Shown here one piece after another: positions 11,401 to 20,041 of a stretch of DNA of 64,000 bases. Made by a program: the position numbers and the translations under genes. The notes beneath the pieces were generated by a model. The model was not told the DNA's origin and made no database searches. It was given only the letters and a program-made list of their open reading frames with translations. How positions within the stretch are numbered: position 1 is the stretch's first letter; every line of letters starts with the position of its first letter. The stretch is from Bacteroidales bacterium (lineage in GTDB: Bacteria > Bacteroidota > Bacteroidia > Bacteroidales > VadinHA17): contig JAXDBC010000094.1 of NCBI GenBank assembly GCA_034679225.1, positions 960 to 64,959 of the forward strand, written 5' to 3'.

Positions 11401-11718
11401 AAGAATACCACCCGTCTCGATGGTCAACTCTATTCAGAATCTCATTATGATGGTCCTGACAGACAGAGCATCTTCAGCACCGACTTTATCAAACTAAGGG
11501 AGATCAGCTTCGGCTATAACTTCCCGGCAAGATGGACCGGTCCGGTCAAAGGTGTAAGGCTTTCAGCATTTGCACGTAACCTGGCAATCTTCGGCGCAGC
11601 TACTAAACATTTCGATCCTGAATACCTGCAAATGGCCGGAAGCAACGCTCAGGGTATAGAGGGCGGATATCTGCCAAGTACTGTATCATACGGTTTTGGC
11701 CTTAACTTTAACTTTTAA
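8458..11718 (+). CDS. SusC/RagA family TonB-linked outer membrane protein (paralog 2)
   Basis: 1086 aa. The first ~133 aa are ~92% identical to SusC-1. Plug motif LKGASASALYGSRAANGVVMVTTKKG, C-terminal F, and a SusD-like gene follows. Confidence 0.9.
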   Translation: MKKLLLMIVLFVFAGVTTLFAQTRVISGTITSAVEGEGPIPGVTVQVKGTTIGAVTDANGRYSINVPANATTLMFSYIGMKTQEVAIGNRSEINAVLESDLVGLDEVVVTALGISREKKALGYAVQDVKGEELAKVRTTNLIGSLSGRVAGVQITSATGQMGGGAKINIRGNTSLTKNNQPLFVVDGIPIDNSDYSYGATGGGGYDLGNLASDINPDDIESMTVLKGASASALYGSRAANGVVMVTTKKGRSTAEKAFGVSVNSSVSFEEAKYYPKYQKLYGGGYGGFNEITINGKDYLYPSYEIDESWGPKLDPSVMVLPWNAFFEYDTKNYLKEVPWVYPENDYTYFFNRGVNYTNNIAVNASNNRGGLRASFTNMDVKGIYPNSSLKKNTVNLSGNINVNKNLDFWLNANYVQNVAVGRPETGYGDRNPVQKMWQWIHTNVDYKDLENYKTPGGDQRTWNRNWYDDPTPAYTDNPYWSSYENYENDRRDRFYGNYGIDLKFTPWLKLTGRMGIDYYKLLTEERMAIGSQSTSEYYKSVYTNNDVNTEFFFTIDKRFGGDKFGITALLGGNRLDRKYYRDGGISIGGLMIPGLYSLSNSFNKPSVYDYKSWKRINSLYANASFDYNRTIFLELTGRNDWSSTLPQKHRSYFYPSATLSFVLSELGGLKDNNVLSFAKLRGGVAQVGNDTGPYDLLNYVSLNTSFTDVYGVLNPRMGFSSTLANAGLKPEKTNSWEIGAEFRFFQDRINLDVSYYYKETLDQIVPVRVSGATGYGFKNINAGKMVNKGIEVALGGTVVRAGDFSWDLMLNVATLDNTVEEIGPGLDYLTLGSGPFKVQSGAFRGMTYPIIYGTDYVKDAQGNTIVGLAGNYLPSEIKPLAKVTPDLTAGLTNTFRFKGFDLNVLFDAQRGGNMYYLSYMWGMYSGIIEESAAINENGKNIRDDVADGGGVLLDGVYGSYNSVTGEITYLTAEGGISNSPVKNTTRLDGQLYSESHYDGPDRQSIFSTDFIKLREISFGYNFPARWTGPVKGVRLSAFARNLAIFGAATKHFDPEYLQMAGSNAQGIEGGYLPSTVSYGFGLNFNF

Positions 11719-11729
11719 TCAGAAATAAT

Positions 11730-13319
11730 ATGAATACGGTAATGAGATATAAAATTCTAATAACGGCCTTGCTCCTGATTGCATTTACAGGATGTGAAAA
11801 GGATTTCGACAAGATCAACACGAATCCGAACGCGGCTACCGAAGCTGCTACGCCAGCTCTTCTGACGCAGGCAATTCGTGATTTTGCGTTTAATGACTTC
11901 GATGTCTGGTACGCAGGACGCCAGTCTTCACTTACTGCACAGCACTTTTCACAGAGAAACTACACCTCTGAAGACAGGTATGCTTTCAGAACGGGTGTCA
12001 CCGACGGTTTCTTCAGGAACAACTTCATTTACATGAATAACCTGCAGACAATCATAAGGCTGAATACCGATCCTGAAACAAAAGACAGGTATGCAAGCCT
12101 CTACGGTGACAACAACATGCAGATTGCAGTAGCTGAGATTGTAAAAGCATGGGTGTTCCAGCTGCTTACCGATTACTTCGGAGATATACCATATTCACAG
12201 GCTCTCGATATCGAAACATACCCGCAGCCTGTATATGATACCCAGAAAGCCGTTTATGACGGCCTTATCGCCAAGCTCAATGAAGCTCAGACCATGCTCG
12301 AGAATTCAACGACTGACGGTTTTGCTACCGGTGACGTTTTCTACGGAGGTGATCTTTCCAAATGGATCAAACTTGCAAATTCACTAAGGCTCCGCCTTGC
12401 CCTCAGGGCTTCAAACGTTGATCCTGCATACCTTACCGAGGCTCGGGATGCAATTGACGATGGTGTAATGGAAAGCAATGATGACAACGCAATGTTCAGG
12501 TTTTCCGCATCAGGTACTCCAAACGAAGCTCCCTGGTATAACGGCTTCTATGTAGGCGGCAGAAATGACTTCAGTTTCACCGCCGGTTTCATGGAACTTA
12601 TAAAGGGGAATAATAATCAGGCCTTCGTTAATCCTTTCCTTGGCCTCAGGGATCCACGCTACCCCGTATTTACAACCTACACCACCGACAGGCAGGGTGT
12701 TCCCTATGGAATGACAGACGTCCTTACACAGAAATGGTGGTCAACGAATTCAGCTAACAGGGTCAGCCTCTACGCCAGAAATCCGCTTATTCTTCAGGCT
12801 AGTTTCCCGACTACATTCCTCGATTACCCGACAGTTTGCTTCATGATCTCGGAAATAGAAGGATGGGATGCGGACTGGTTTGAAGAAGGTATCGTTGCTT
12901 CTTTTGAAATGTGGTCTACTATTGCAAATGCAGGAGATCTTGATGAAGGAGGTGCATATGTAACCGAAATAATGAACAGGTTTAATGCCGCTACTGATGA
13001 GCAGAAAAAGGAAATGGTAATCACCCAGAAGTACATTCACCTGCTTATGCAGCCTCATGAGGCATGGGCAGAATACAGGAGAACAGGTTATCCTAAATCG
13101 CTTGTCAAACCCGGTGATGTTACTGCAATCATCGATGGCTCTGAAGTGGTGTTCACACCTGTAACCGGATCTGAATCCGGCGATGATGTTGCTGCCAGGT
13201 TCAAATATCCGACATCCGAATTCACACTCAACAAAGCCAATGTGGAAGCAGCCGCAGCCCGTATGGGTGAGGATTCCCACAGGCAGAGAGTATGGTGGGA
13301 TGGAGGCGGATTACAGTAA
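11730..13319 (+). CDS. SusD/RagB family nutrient-binding outer membrane lipoprotein (2)
   Basis: 529 aa with lipobox FTGC, 11 nt after SusC-2. Carries a WAEYRRTGYP motif near the C-terminus. Confidence 0.85.
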   Translation: MNTVMRYKILITALLLIAFTGCEKDFDKINTNPNAATEAATPALLTQAIRDFAFNDFDVWYAGRQSSLTAQHFSQRNYTSEDRYAFRTGVTDGFFRNNFIYMNNLQTIIRLNTDPETKDRYASLYGDNNMQIAVAEIVKAWVFQLLTDYFGDIPYSQALDIETYPQPVYDTQKAVYDGLIAKLNEAQTMLENSTTDGFATGDVFYGGDLSKWIKLANSLRLRLALRASNVDPAYLTEARDAIDDGVMESNDDNAMFRFSASGTPNEAPWYNGFYVGGRNDFSFTAGFMELIKGNNNQAFVNPFLGLRDPRYPVFTTYTTDRQGVPYGMTDVLTQKWWSTNSANRVSLYARNPLILQASFPTTFLDYPTVCFMISEIEGWDADWFEEGIVASFEMWSTIANAGDLDEGGAYVTEIMNRFNAATDEQKKEMVITQKYIHLLMQPHEAWAEYRRTGYPKSLVKPGDVTAIIDGSEVVFTPVTGSESGDDVAARFKYPTSEFTLNKANVEAAAARMGEDSHRQRVWWDGGGLQ

Positions 13320-13335
13320 AATACGCTGACGATTT

Positions 13336-13374
13336 AAAAAGAAAGGGTGCATCTCAGATGCACCCTTTCTTTTT
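13336..13374. terminator. Bidirectional intrinsic terminator between convergent SusD-2 and the CNNM-family gene
   Basis: Perfect 13-bp stem GAAAGGGTGCATC / GATGCACCCTTTC with a 3-nt loop, flanked by an A5 run and a T5 run. Confidence 0.8.
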
Positions 13375-13375
13375 A

Positions 13376-14632
13376 TTATGTCTTCAGATTTACCAGCTCA
13401 ATCCTGGTCGCTGTTACCTTTATCACCCTGAAGACATATTTGCCTATGCTTATGGTTTCATTTATAACCGGGATGCTTCCATGGTGATACAGGATCAGAC
13501 CTGCCAGCGTCTCATAATCATCTTCTTCAGGAAGATCGAGGTTGTATGTTTCATTAAGGTAGTCTATCTCAAGCCTCCCTGAAAAGATAAATTCACCAGG
13601 GGCGATCTGCTTCTCGGTAAGTTCATAATAATCGTGCTCATCCTCTATATCTCCTACTATTTCCTCAAGCACGTCCTCAATGGTAACCATACCGGATGTA
13701 CCTCCAAACTCATCCACCACCAGGGCCACATTCATCTTTTCATCAAAGAAAAGCTTTAAAAGCTTGTTGGCTGTCATGGTCTCAGGAACAATAGCCAGCT
13801 TCCTTACACATGACATAATATCCGGAGGATCCATGAACATATCCTTCAGTTCAAAATATCCGATAATATTGTCGATGGTATTCTGATAAACCAGTATCCT
13901 GGAATGACCTGTCTGTATGAACCTTTCCTTGAGCTCCTGAACCTTGCTTCCGGATTCAATGGCATCGATCTCCGTCCTGGGAACCATGCATTCCCTTAAT
14001 TTTACATTTGAGAAATCGAGTGCATTACGGAAAATCCTGATGTTTTCCTTCAATGGTTCAGCATTCCCGGCACTCTGCCTGTCCTCATTTATGAAATTGT
14101 TGAGATCAACCTTGCTGAAAATAAGATTTTCCTGATCCTTCTTGTTCCCCCTGATCCCGAAAAACAACCTCAGAAACAGATTTGAAACTGCAAGTGTCAG
14201 TTTGCTGACAGGATAAAATATGACGTAGAAAAACATTGCAGGTAGGCTCAGGAGATTCAGGAAAAAATTGGGAGAGATCATGAACACCGTTTTCGGAAGA
14301 AATTCCGACATCAGGAGTATCAGGGCAGTGCTTATTACAGTATTTACAATAAGTACGGCAAGATCGGACTGCAGCAGGGGCATCAGCACAGGACTCAGCA
14401 AACGGGAGAAAAAAAGACCGTAAATTACCAGCGCGACATTGTTGCCTATAAGCATTGTGGCAATATACTGTCCGGGATTGCCTGTAAAAACACCAATAAA
14501 CCTCGATCCGAACTGACCTTGTTTCCTGTCGAGCTCTATCCTCAACTTGTTTGAAGCCACGAAAGCGATCTCCATTCCGGAAAAAAACGCGGAGAAGATC
14601 ATTACTATGATTATTATCAAAATGGCATTCAT
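13376..14632 (-). CDS. CNNM/DUF21-CBS-CorC family membrane protein (hemolysin-like / GldE-like)
   Basis: 418 aa. The N-terminal half is multi-TM, followed by a CBS-pair region and a CorC/HlyC-type C-terminus (TIEDVLEEIVGDIEDEHD). Confidence 0.8.
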   Translation of the reverse strand: MNAILIIIIVMIFSAFFSGMEIAFVASNKLRIELDRKQGQFGSRFIGVFTGNPGQYIATMLIGNNVALVIYGLFFSRLLSPVLMPLLQSDLAVLIVNTVISTALILLMSEFLPKTVFMISPNFFLNLLSLPAMFFYVIFYPVSKLTLAVSNLFLRLFFGIRGNKKDQENLIFSKVDLNNFINEDRQSAGNAEPLKENIRIFRNALDFSNVKLRECMVPRTEIDAIESGSKVQELKERFIQTGHSRILVYQNTIDNIIGYFELKDMFMDPPDIMSCVRKLAIVPETMTANKLLKLFFDEKMNVALVVDEFGGTSGMVTIEDVLEEIVGDIEDEHDYYELTEKQIAPGEFIFSGRLEIDYLNETYNLDLPEEDDYETLAGLILYHHGSIPVINETISIGKYVFRVIKVTATRIELVNLKT

Positions 14633-14805
14633 AGTCCAAAAATAGTAATTTTAACCAAAACAGGCCTTACATAATTTATGGACGGGCGTAGCCCAGTCCC
14701 ATTAGGTCGCTGATGATTAGAACCCTGCCCTAAATCATCAGGCTACCGACGGGACCAAGTCCCTGTAAATGAGACTGGTTTAAGCGTATGGCATTCCCCC
14801 GGTTT

Positions 14806-15357
14806 TCAGTTCTCCTCATTTATATATATCGTGGCGCTCAGATTCTTGATTTTCCTCCGGGTAAGCCGGGGATCCGATTCAAGACCGTATCCCTGTATTA
14901 TCTGGTCTTCCGTGGTAATCTTTACAAACCGGTCAGTATATATCTGATCTTTCTTCTGATCCCAGAAAAGAAGTTCTGTTTCAAGTTTTTCCCCTGCTTC
15001 ATTGAAAGCCACTACACTGTCCTGCAACTCCCACAGATTCTTATCATCATGCAATTTGGCATATTTGGCTGTAACCGAAGCCACCGGATTTGTTTTACCG
15101 TCATGAAACTGAACATCTATGCCCAACCTGAATTCCGTGTAGGGAGGTTCGGATTTTTCATATCGTTCCATTACGGGAGCCGAGAATACCAGCTGCATCT
15201 TTCCCGAATCGGTATAGGTTGAGGTGAAATCTTTTGCAGCCTGCGAGGGAAGACGCAAAATGTCCATCTTTTCATATTCAACGGATTTCTTTCCGCATGA
15301 AGTGAAAATGATTGAAATGGCAGCAAGCACTGCTATGTGATCAAGCCTGATCTGCAT
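14806..15357 (-). CDS. lptC: LPS export periplasmic protein LptC-like lipoprotein
   Basis: 183 aa with lipoprotein-type signal (IFTSCGKK). The segment LLFWDQKKDQIYTDRFVKITTEDQIIQGYGLESD resembles Bacteroidota LptC. The lptC-then-CNNM gene order is recalled from other Bacteroidota. Confidence 0.55.
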   Translation of the reverse strand: MQIRLDHIAVLAAISIIFTSCGKKSVEYEKMDILRLPSQAAKDFTSTYTDSGKMQLVFSAPVMERYEKSEPPYTEFRLGIDVQFHDGKTNPVASVTAKYAKLHDDKNLWELQDSVVAFNEAGEKLETELLFWDQKKDQIYTDRFVKITTEDQIIQGYGLESDPRLTRRKIKNLSATIYINEEN

Positions 15358-15495
15358 AGACGCAAATTTACTAAAGGATTATTAATGAAGAAATCTAATT
15401 TCGAACAGATGTAAGTCCGCACTTGCTCTTTTTGCCCTCCAAAATACGCCCGCGGTAACGTTATAACAATGTTATAACATAGCAGAATGGGCATT

Positions 15496-18400
15496 TCAGC
15501 ATGATTTTTCATTCTTCCCGGCTTGTTCCTTATAATCATCTTCAATGCTCTGCAGAATAGTGATGGCTGATCTGACTCCTTCAACACCTGTTATGGTAAG
15601 ACTCAGTTTTGATTCCTTTTGTTTGACAGACATCCTTTTCTGGTGCCTGTTTACAAAATTCATAAACGACACGAACAGTGAACCGCGGTAGAACTTTGAA
15701 TTCGGGTCGGAAATAAAAAAAGCGGTCAGAAGGCAGTTCTTCAGTAATATTTTTTCTATTCCAAGCCGTGAGGCTATCCACTTTATTCTTACAATGTCGA
15801 GCAGGGATGCCGCTGCCGGGGGAAGCGGTCCGAACCTGTCGGTCAGCCTGCTTTCATAAAGTTTCAGTCCTTTCTCATCGTCAATCTCGTTGAGTTCCTT
15901 GTACAACCTTATCCTTTCAGAGATATTCGAGACATATTCGTCGGGGAACATTATTTCAAGATCGGTCTCTATCTGGAAATCTGTAACAAAGGGCTTCGGT
16001 TTTTCTGTTGTCACGGTCTCCTGTTCCTGAACCATGGGCTCCGATTCCCTCAGTTCGGCCATTGCTTCATTGAGTATCCTCTGGTAGGTCTCGAAGCCCA
16101 GGTCGGCGATGAAACCACTTTGTTCAGCACCGAGCAGGTTGCCCGATCCCCTGATGTCAAGATCCTGCATCGCGATGTTGAACCCGCTTCCCAGCTCCGA
16201 GAACTCCTCTATTGCCTTCAGCCGCCGCCGGGCCTCGTGTGTCAGATTATCGAAGGGAGGAGCCAGAAGATAGCAGAAGGCCTTCCTGTTCGACCTTCCT
16301 ACCCGGCCTCTTAGCTGGTGAAGATCCGACAGCCCGAAGTGATGAGCCTCATTTACAAAAATGGTATTGGCATTCGGTATGTCGAGACCCGACTCGATTA
16401 TGGTGGTCGCTACAAGAACATCATAATCGCCCTGGATAAAATCAAACATCACATTCTCAATATCAACACCCTCCATTTTCCCATGGACTACCGCCGTTCT
16501 GACATTCGGGCAGATACGCTTTATCTTTTCCCGGACTTCCATTATGTTCTCCACCCTGTTGTGGATGAAGAATACCTGTCCGTTGCGCGAAACTTCATAC
16601 TCTATCCCTTCCTTGATAATCTCTTCGTTGAAGCCGTGGATCTCGGTGATTATCGGGATCCTGTTGGGCGGAGGTGTGTTGATTATCGAAAGATCGCGGG
16701 CACCCATAAGCGAGAACTGAAGGGTTCTTGGTATGGGAGTTGCAGTGAGTGTGAGGGTATCGACATTCGACTTTAATTTCTTTATCTTCTCCTTTACCAC
16801 CACGCCGAACCTTTGTTCCTCGTCAATGATCAGCAATCCCAGATCCTTGAATTTCACATTCTTGCCAACCAGCTTGTGGGTTCCTATGATAATGTCGATT
16901 TTGCCTTCCTCAAGTTCTTTGAGTATCCTTCGCTGATCGGCTGCTTTCCTGTGCCTGCTTATGTAATCGATCCTGCATGGGAATCCCTTCAGCCTCGACG
17001 AAAATGTCTTGTAGTGCTGAAGTGCCAGTATCGTTGTGGGTACCAGTATGGCAGTCTGCTTGCTGTCGGCAGCTGATTTGAAAGCAGCCCTTACAGCCAC
17101 CTCGGTCTTGCCGAAACCTACATCGCCGCAAATAAGCCTGTCCATGGGGTGTTCCGCTTCCATATCTTGTTTCACAGCCAGGGTGGCGCTCAACTGGTCG
17201 GGGGTGTCCTCGTACTGGAAGGAAGCTTCAAGCTCGCGCTGGAGATATGAATCGGGTGAATAGGAATATCCTGGAACCGACAATCTCTCGGCGTAAAGCT
17301 TGATGAGATCCTTTGCAATGTCCTTTACCCTTTTCTTGGTGTTCTGTTTCAGCTTCTGCCATGCGCCGGAGCCAAGCTTGTAAATCCTGGGCTCCGATTC
17401 GTCCTTCCCTTTGTACTTAGATATACGGTGAAGAGCGTGTATCCCGACATAGAGAATGTCATTATCCTTGTAAACCAGCTTTATGGCTTCCTGTATCCTC
17501 CCGTTAACCTCAATCTTTTCAAGCCCGCCGAACTTTCCTATCCCATGGTCGATATGCACGACATAATCACCGGGATTCAGACCGGTAAGTTCTTTTATGG
17601 AAATACTTTCCTTCCTTGTGAAATAGCCCCGGATGCTGAATTTATGATATCTGTCGAATATCTGGTGATCGGTGTAAACCGACAGGCGCAGATCGTGATC
17701 GGTAAATCCGCCGTGAAGGTTCAGAATCAGGGGAGAAAACCTGAGCCCGGGACTGATCTCTGCAAAGATGTCTTTCAGCCTGTCGATCTGCGCCTGGCTT
17801 TCGGAAACAATATAGGTTGTGTAAGCTTCATTATTGTTTGCAGTAAGCCTGTCGGCCAGGAGCCTGAAGTTCTTGTTGAATACCGGCTGGGATTCGGTCC
17901 GGAAAGTGAAGCGCTCATCAGGTACAAACAAGCCGGCCCGGCAGAATTCCACAGTCCTGAACCTGCCGCATTCATCAAGGAAGCCCGATCCGTCTGTTAT
18001 CAGTTCCTTCCTGCCGCTCGTCCGGCCTGCTTCATCCCTTGAAAGGATCTGTGAATAGATGCTGTTCATCTTTTCCTTTATGAAGGATGCATCATCAATC
18101 CATACAATCGATGAGGGAGGCAGGAAGTCGGTGAATGAATCGCTAAGCTCTTCAATTGAGACATCCTGGATGTTGGGAATGACGGAGATCTGTTTCCTGC
18201 TTTCTATCGATAGCTGATCGTCGGGGTTGAATGTCCTTAACGATTCGACTTCCTCACCGAAGAAATCAATCCTGAAGGGGTGGTCGGACGAATAGGAGAA
18301 AACATCCGAGATGCTTCCCCTGATGGCATATTGGCCCGGTTCATACACGAAGTCGACTCTTTCGAAATTGTATTCGCGAAGCACATCTTCGAGGAATTCA

Positions 18401-18867
18401 AGCGAAAGCCTGTCACCTTTCGAGATGGTCAGTGTGTTTTTCTTAAGGTTATGGTGGCTTATCACCTTTTCCATAACCGATTCGGGATAGCTGACTATTA
18501 TGCATTTTCGTTTTCCGGATGAAAGGTAATTCAGAACTTCCGTCCGTAGAACAATGTTGGCAGGTTCCGTTTGCTCGTACTGAACCGAACGCTTGTAAGT
18601 GGAAGGGAAGAAGAAAACAGACTCGTCGCCGGTAAGGGCGCAGAGATCGTTGTAAAGGTACGCGGCATCTTCTTTCTCCGGCACTATAACCAGGTGCGTG
18701 AGGGTTGTTTTGAGGTATACCCCGGCCAGCGCGATCGCCTTTGCCGATCCCGACAAGCCTTCGGCGTTCAGCCTCGTGGCAGTGTTTGCCCTTACGGCTT
18801 CGGTTAACGCGGAAAGCACCGGATGACCATTGAACAACCCTGTCAGTTCGTTTTCCTTCATCTGCAT
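15496..18867 (-). CDS. mfd: Transcription-repair coupling factor
   Basis: 1123 aa with helicase motifs GDVGFGKTEVA and IIDEEQRFGV. The UvrB-homology N-region and TRCF C-domain layout are present. Confidence 0.95.
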   Translation of the reverse strand: MQMKENELTGLFNGHPVLSALTEAVRANTATRLNAEGLSGSAKAIALAGVYLKTTLTHLVIVPEKEDAAYLYNDLCALTGDESVFFFPSTYKRSVQYEQTEPANIVLRTEVLNYLSSGKRKCIIVSYPESVMEKVISHHNLKKNTLTISKGDRLSLEFLEDVLREYNFERVDFVYEPGQYAIRGSISDVFSYSSDHPFRIDFFGEEVESLRTFNPDDQLSIESRKQISVIPNIQDVSIEELSDSFTDFLPPSSIVWIDDASFIKEKMNSIYSQILSRDEAGRTSGRKELITDGSGFLDECGRFRTVEFCRAGLFVPDERFTFRTESQPVFNKNFRLLADRLTANNNEAYTTYIVSESQAQIDRLKDIFAEISPGLRFSPLILNLHGGFTDHDLRLSVYTDHQIFDRYHKFSIRGYFTRKESISIKELTGLNPGDYVVHIDHGIGKFGGLEKIEVNGRIQEAIKLVYKDNDILYVGIHALHRISKYKGKDESEPRIYKLGSGAWQKLKQNTKKRVKDIAKDLIKLYAERLSVPGYSYSPDSYLQRELEASFQYEDTPDQLSATLAVKQDMEAEHPMDRLICGDVGFGKTEVAVRAAFKSAADSKQTAILVPTTILALQHYKTFSSRLKGFPCRIDYISRHRKAADQRRILKELEEGKIDIIIGTHKLVGKNVKFKDLGLLIIDEEQRFGVVVKEKIKKLKSNVDTLTLTATPIPRTLQFSLMGARDLSIINTPPPNRIPIITEIHGFNEEIIKEGIEYEVSRNGQVFFIHNRVENIMEVREKIKRICPNVRTAVVHGKMEGVDIENVMFDFIQGDYDVLVATTIIESGLDIPNANTIFVNEAHHFGLSDLHQLRGRVGRSNRKAFCYLLAPPFDNLTHEARRRLKAIEEFSELGSGFNIAMQDLDIRGSGNLLGAEQSGFIADLGFETYQRILNEAMAELRESEPMVQEQETVTTEKPKPFVTDFQIETDLEIMFPDEYVSNISERIRLYKELNEIDDEKGLKLYESRLTDRFGPLPPAAASLLDIVRIKWIASRLGIEKILLKNCLLTAFFISDPNSKFYRGSLFVSFMNFVNRHQKRMSVKQKESKLSLTITGVEGVRSAITILQSIEDDYKEQAGKNEKSC

Positions 18868-19057
18868 AAATGTGGCTGCAAATTTAACATCTATTTGCAG
18901 GAAAAAAGTTCAATTATGAAAACTCATGCAGAAGACAGTCTCGATTCCGGGTTGCTCAGCCGCGGCTGTACGGTTCGCGTTGTGTCTTTCGATAGCCATG
19001 GCAATCATTTTTTGCTCCATTTCCCCGAGTGTCGCTTTACCCCCAACCCCTAGGGAA

Positions 19058-19190
19058 CTTTACCCCAAACCCCCAAGGGGGCTTAAAGAACCATGTAATG
19101 GTAGTTTTGTAATCTAAAAGGCACAAATTCTCTAGTTGTCAGGGATTTCAAGTCCCCCCGGGGGGATTTAGGGGTGGATTTGAATTGGGG
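19058..19190. repeat. 133-bp direct repeat, copy 1 (G/C-tract element)
   Basis: 132/133 identical to 19516-19648. Contains the 14-bp palindrome TCCCCCCGGGGGGA (19153-19166) and an internal TAGTTTTG box (19102-19109). Confidence 0.9.
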
Positions 19191-19515
19191 GCTTTACCTG
19201 CACAACTTGAATGATTTGTGCTTTAAGTTCTACGCTCCCCTGCAACATCCATTGGAAGAAGCTTTTCCCCTTTGGGGGATCCTGATAACTATCGGGAGGG
19301 AAAGGAGGTTAGTGACTGCAGGGGTATAACAGAAAATAGTGTAAATGAATAAGGAGGTCCTGAGGTCATTTTGTAATTATTTAATCACCTGTAGTTCCCT
19401 ACCGGTTATACCCCCTTCCCAGCCTTCCCCCGGGTGAAGGAGCAAGAGAATTCTGCTAATATTGGGAAGAAATACGAATTTCATTATTTGATATAACAAA
19501 TTGAGCAACAAGGGG

Positions 19516-19648
19516 CTTTACCCCAAACCCCCAAGGGGGCTTAAAGAACCATGTGATGGTAGTTTTGTAATCTAAAAGGCACAAATTCTCTAGTTGTCAG
19601 GGATTTCAAGTCCCCCCGGGGGGATTTAGGGGTGGATTTGAATTGGGG
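19516..19648. repeat. 133-bp direct repeat, copy 2
   Basis: Same orientation as copy 1, offset 458 bp, with a single mismatch (ATGTGATGG vs ATGTAATGG). Confidence 0.9.
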
Positions 19649-20041
19649 ATTAACTGGTTGTTAATAAAAGGGTTTTACCCGCAACCTTCAGAGGGATTTT
19701 TACCCCCCAACCCACCAAGGGGGGCTTTAGTCTGCTGAATTACTGCTATTTATAGGAAAAGAATCGAATGATAATACTTGTACCGCATAAGCTTTCGATC
19801 CGAATCCGGTAAAATATCTAAAGGCAGGAGAATCTCCTGACTTGTATATCGCTCATTATTAGTTCTTAAACCCCTTTAGTGGGTAGGGGATAATAAAGGC
19901 TTATGGGGCAGATGGGCGAGACTCCATTTAGCTGCTGCTAAGTAATACCGCGGAGGTAAGTTGATCATTGACAGTGTGCCAGCTCTGTAAATGCTGAATT
20001 TTTTTAATACTTTTACATCCGGGTTTCAAAGAAATTTCATA

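Noticed and set aside
14681-14780. Possible tRNA or tmRNA-like gene starting GGACGGGCGTAGCCCAGTC
   Set aside because: There is no matching 3' acceptor strand. The central stem is 9 bp with a 14-nt loop, and the T-arm-like hairpin has a 3-nt loop. No cloverleaf can be drawn.
18823-19117. ORFs 18823-19053 and 18926-19117 in the mfd-upstream region
   Set aside because: Their C-terminal parts are translations of the G/C-tract repeats (…LPPTPRELYPKPPRGLKEP…). There is no motif, and they overlap the mfd start and the repeat copy.
19058-19648. Possible CRISPR array, given the repeated 133-bp units
   Set aside because: There are only two copies, the units are far longer than CRISPR repeats, the 'spacer' itself contains related motifs, and there are no cas genes in the window.
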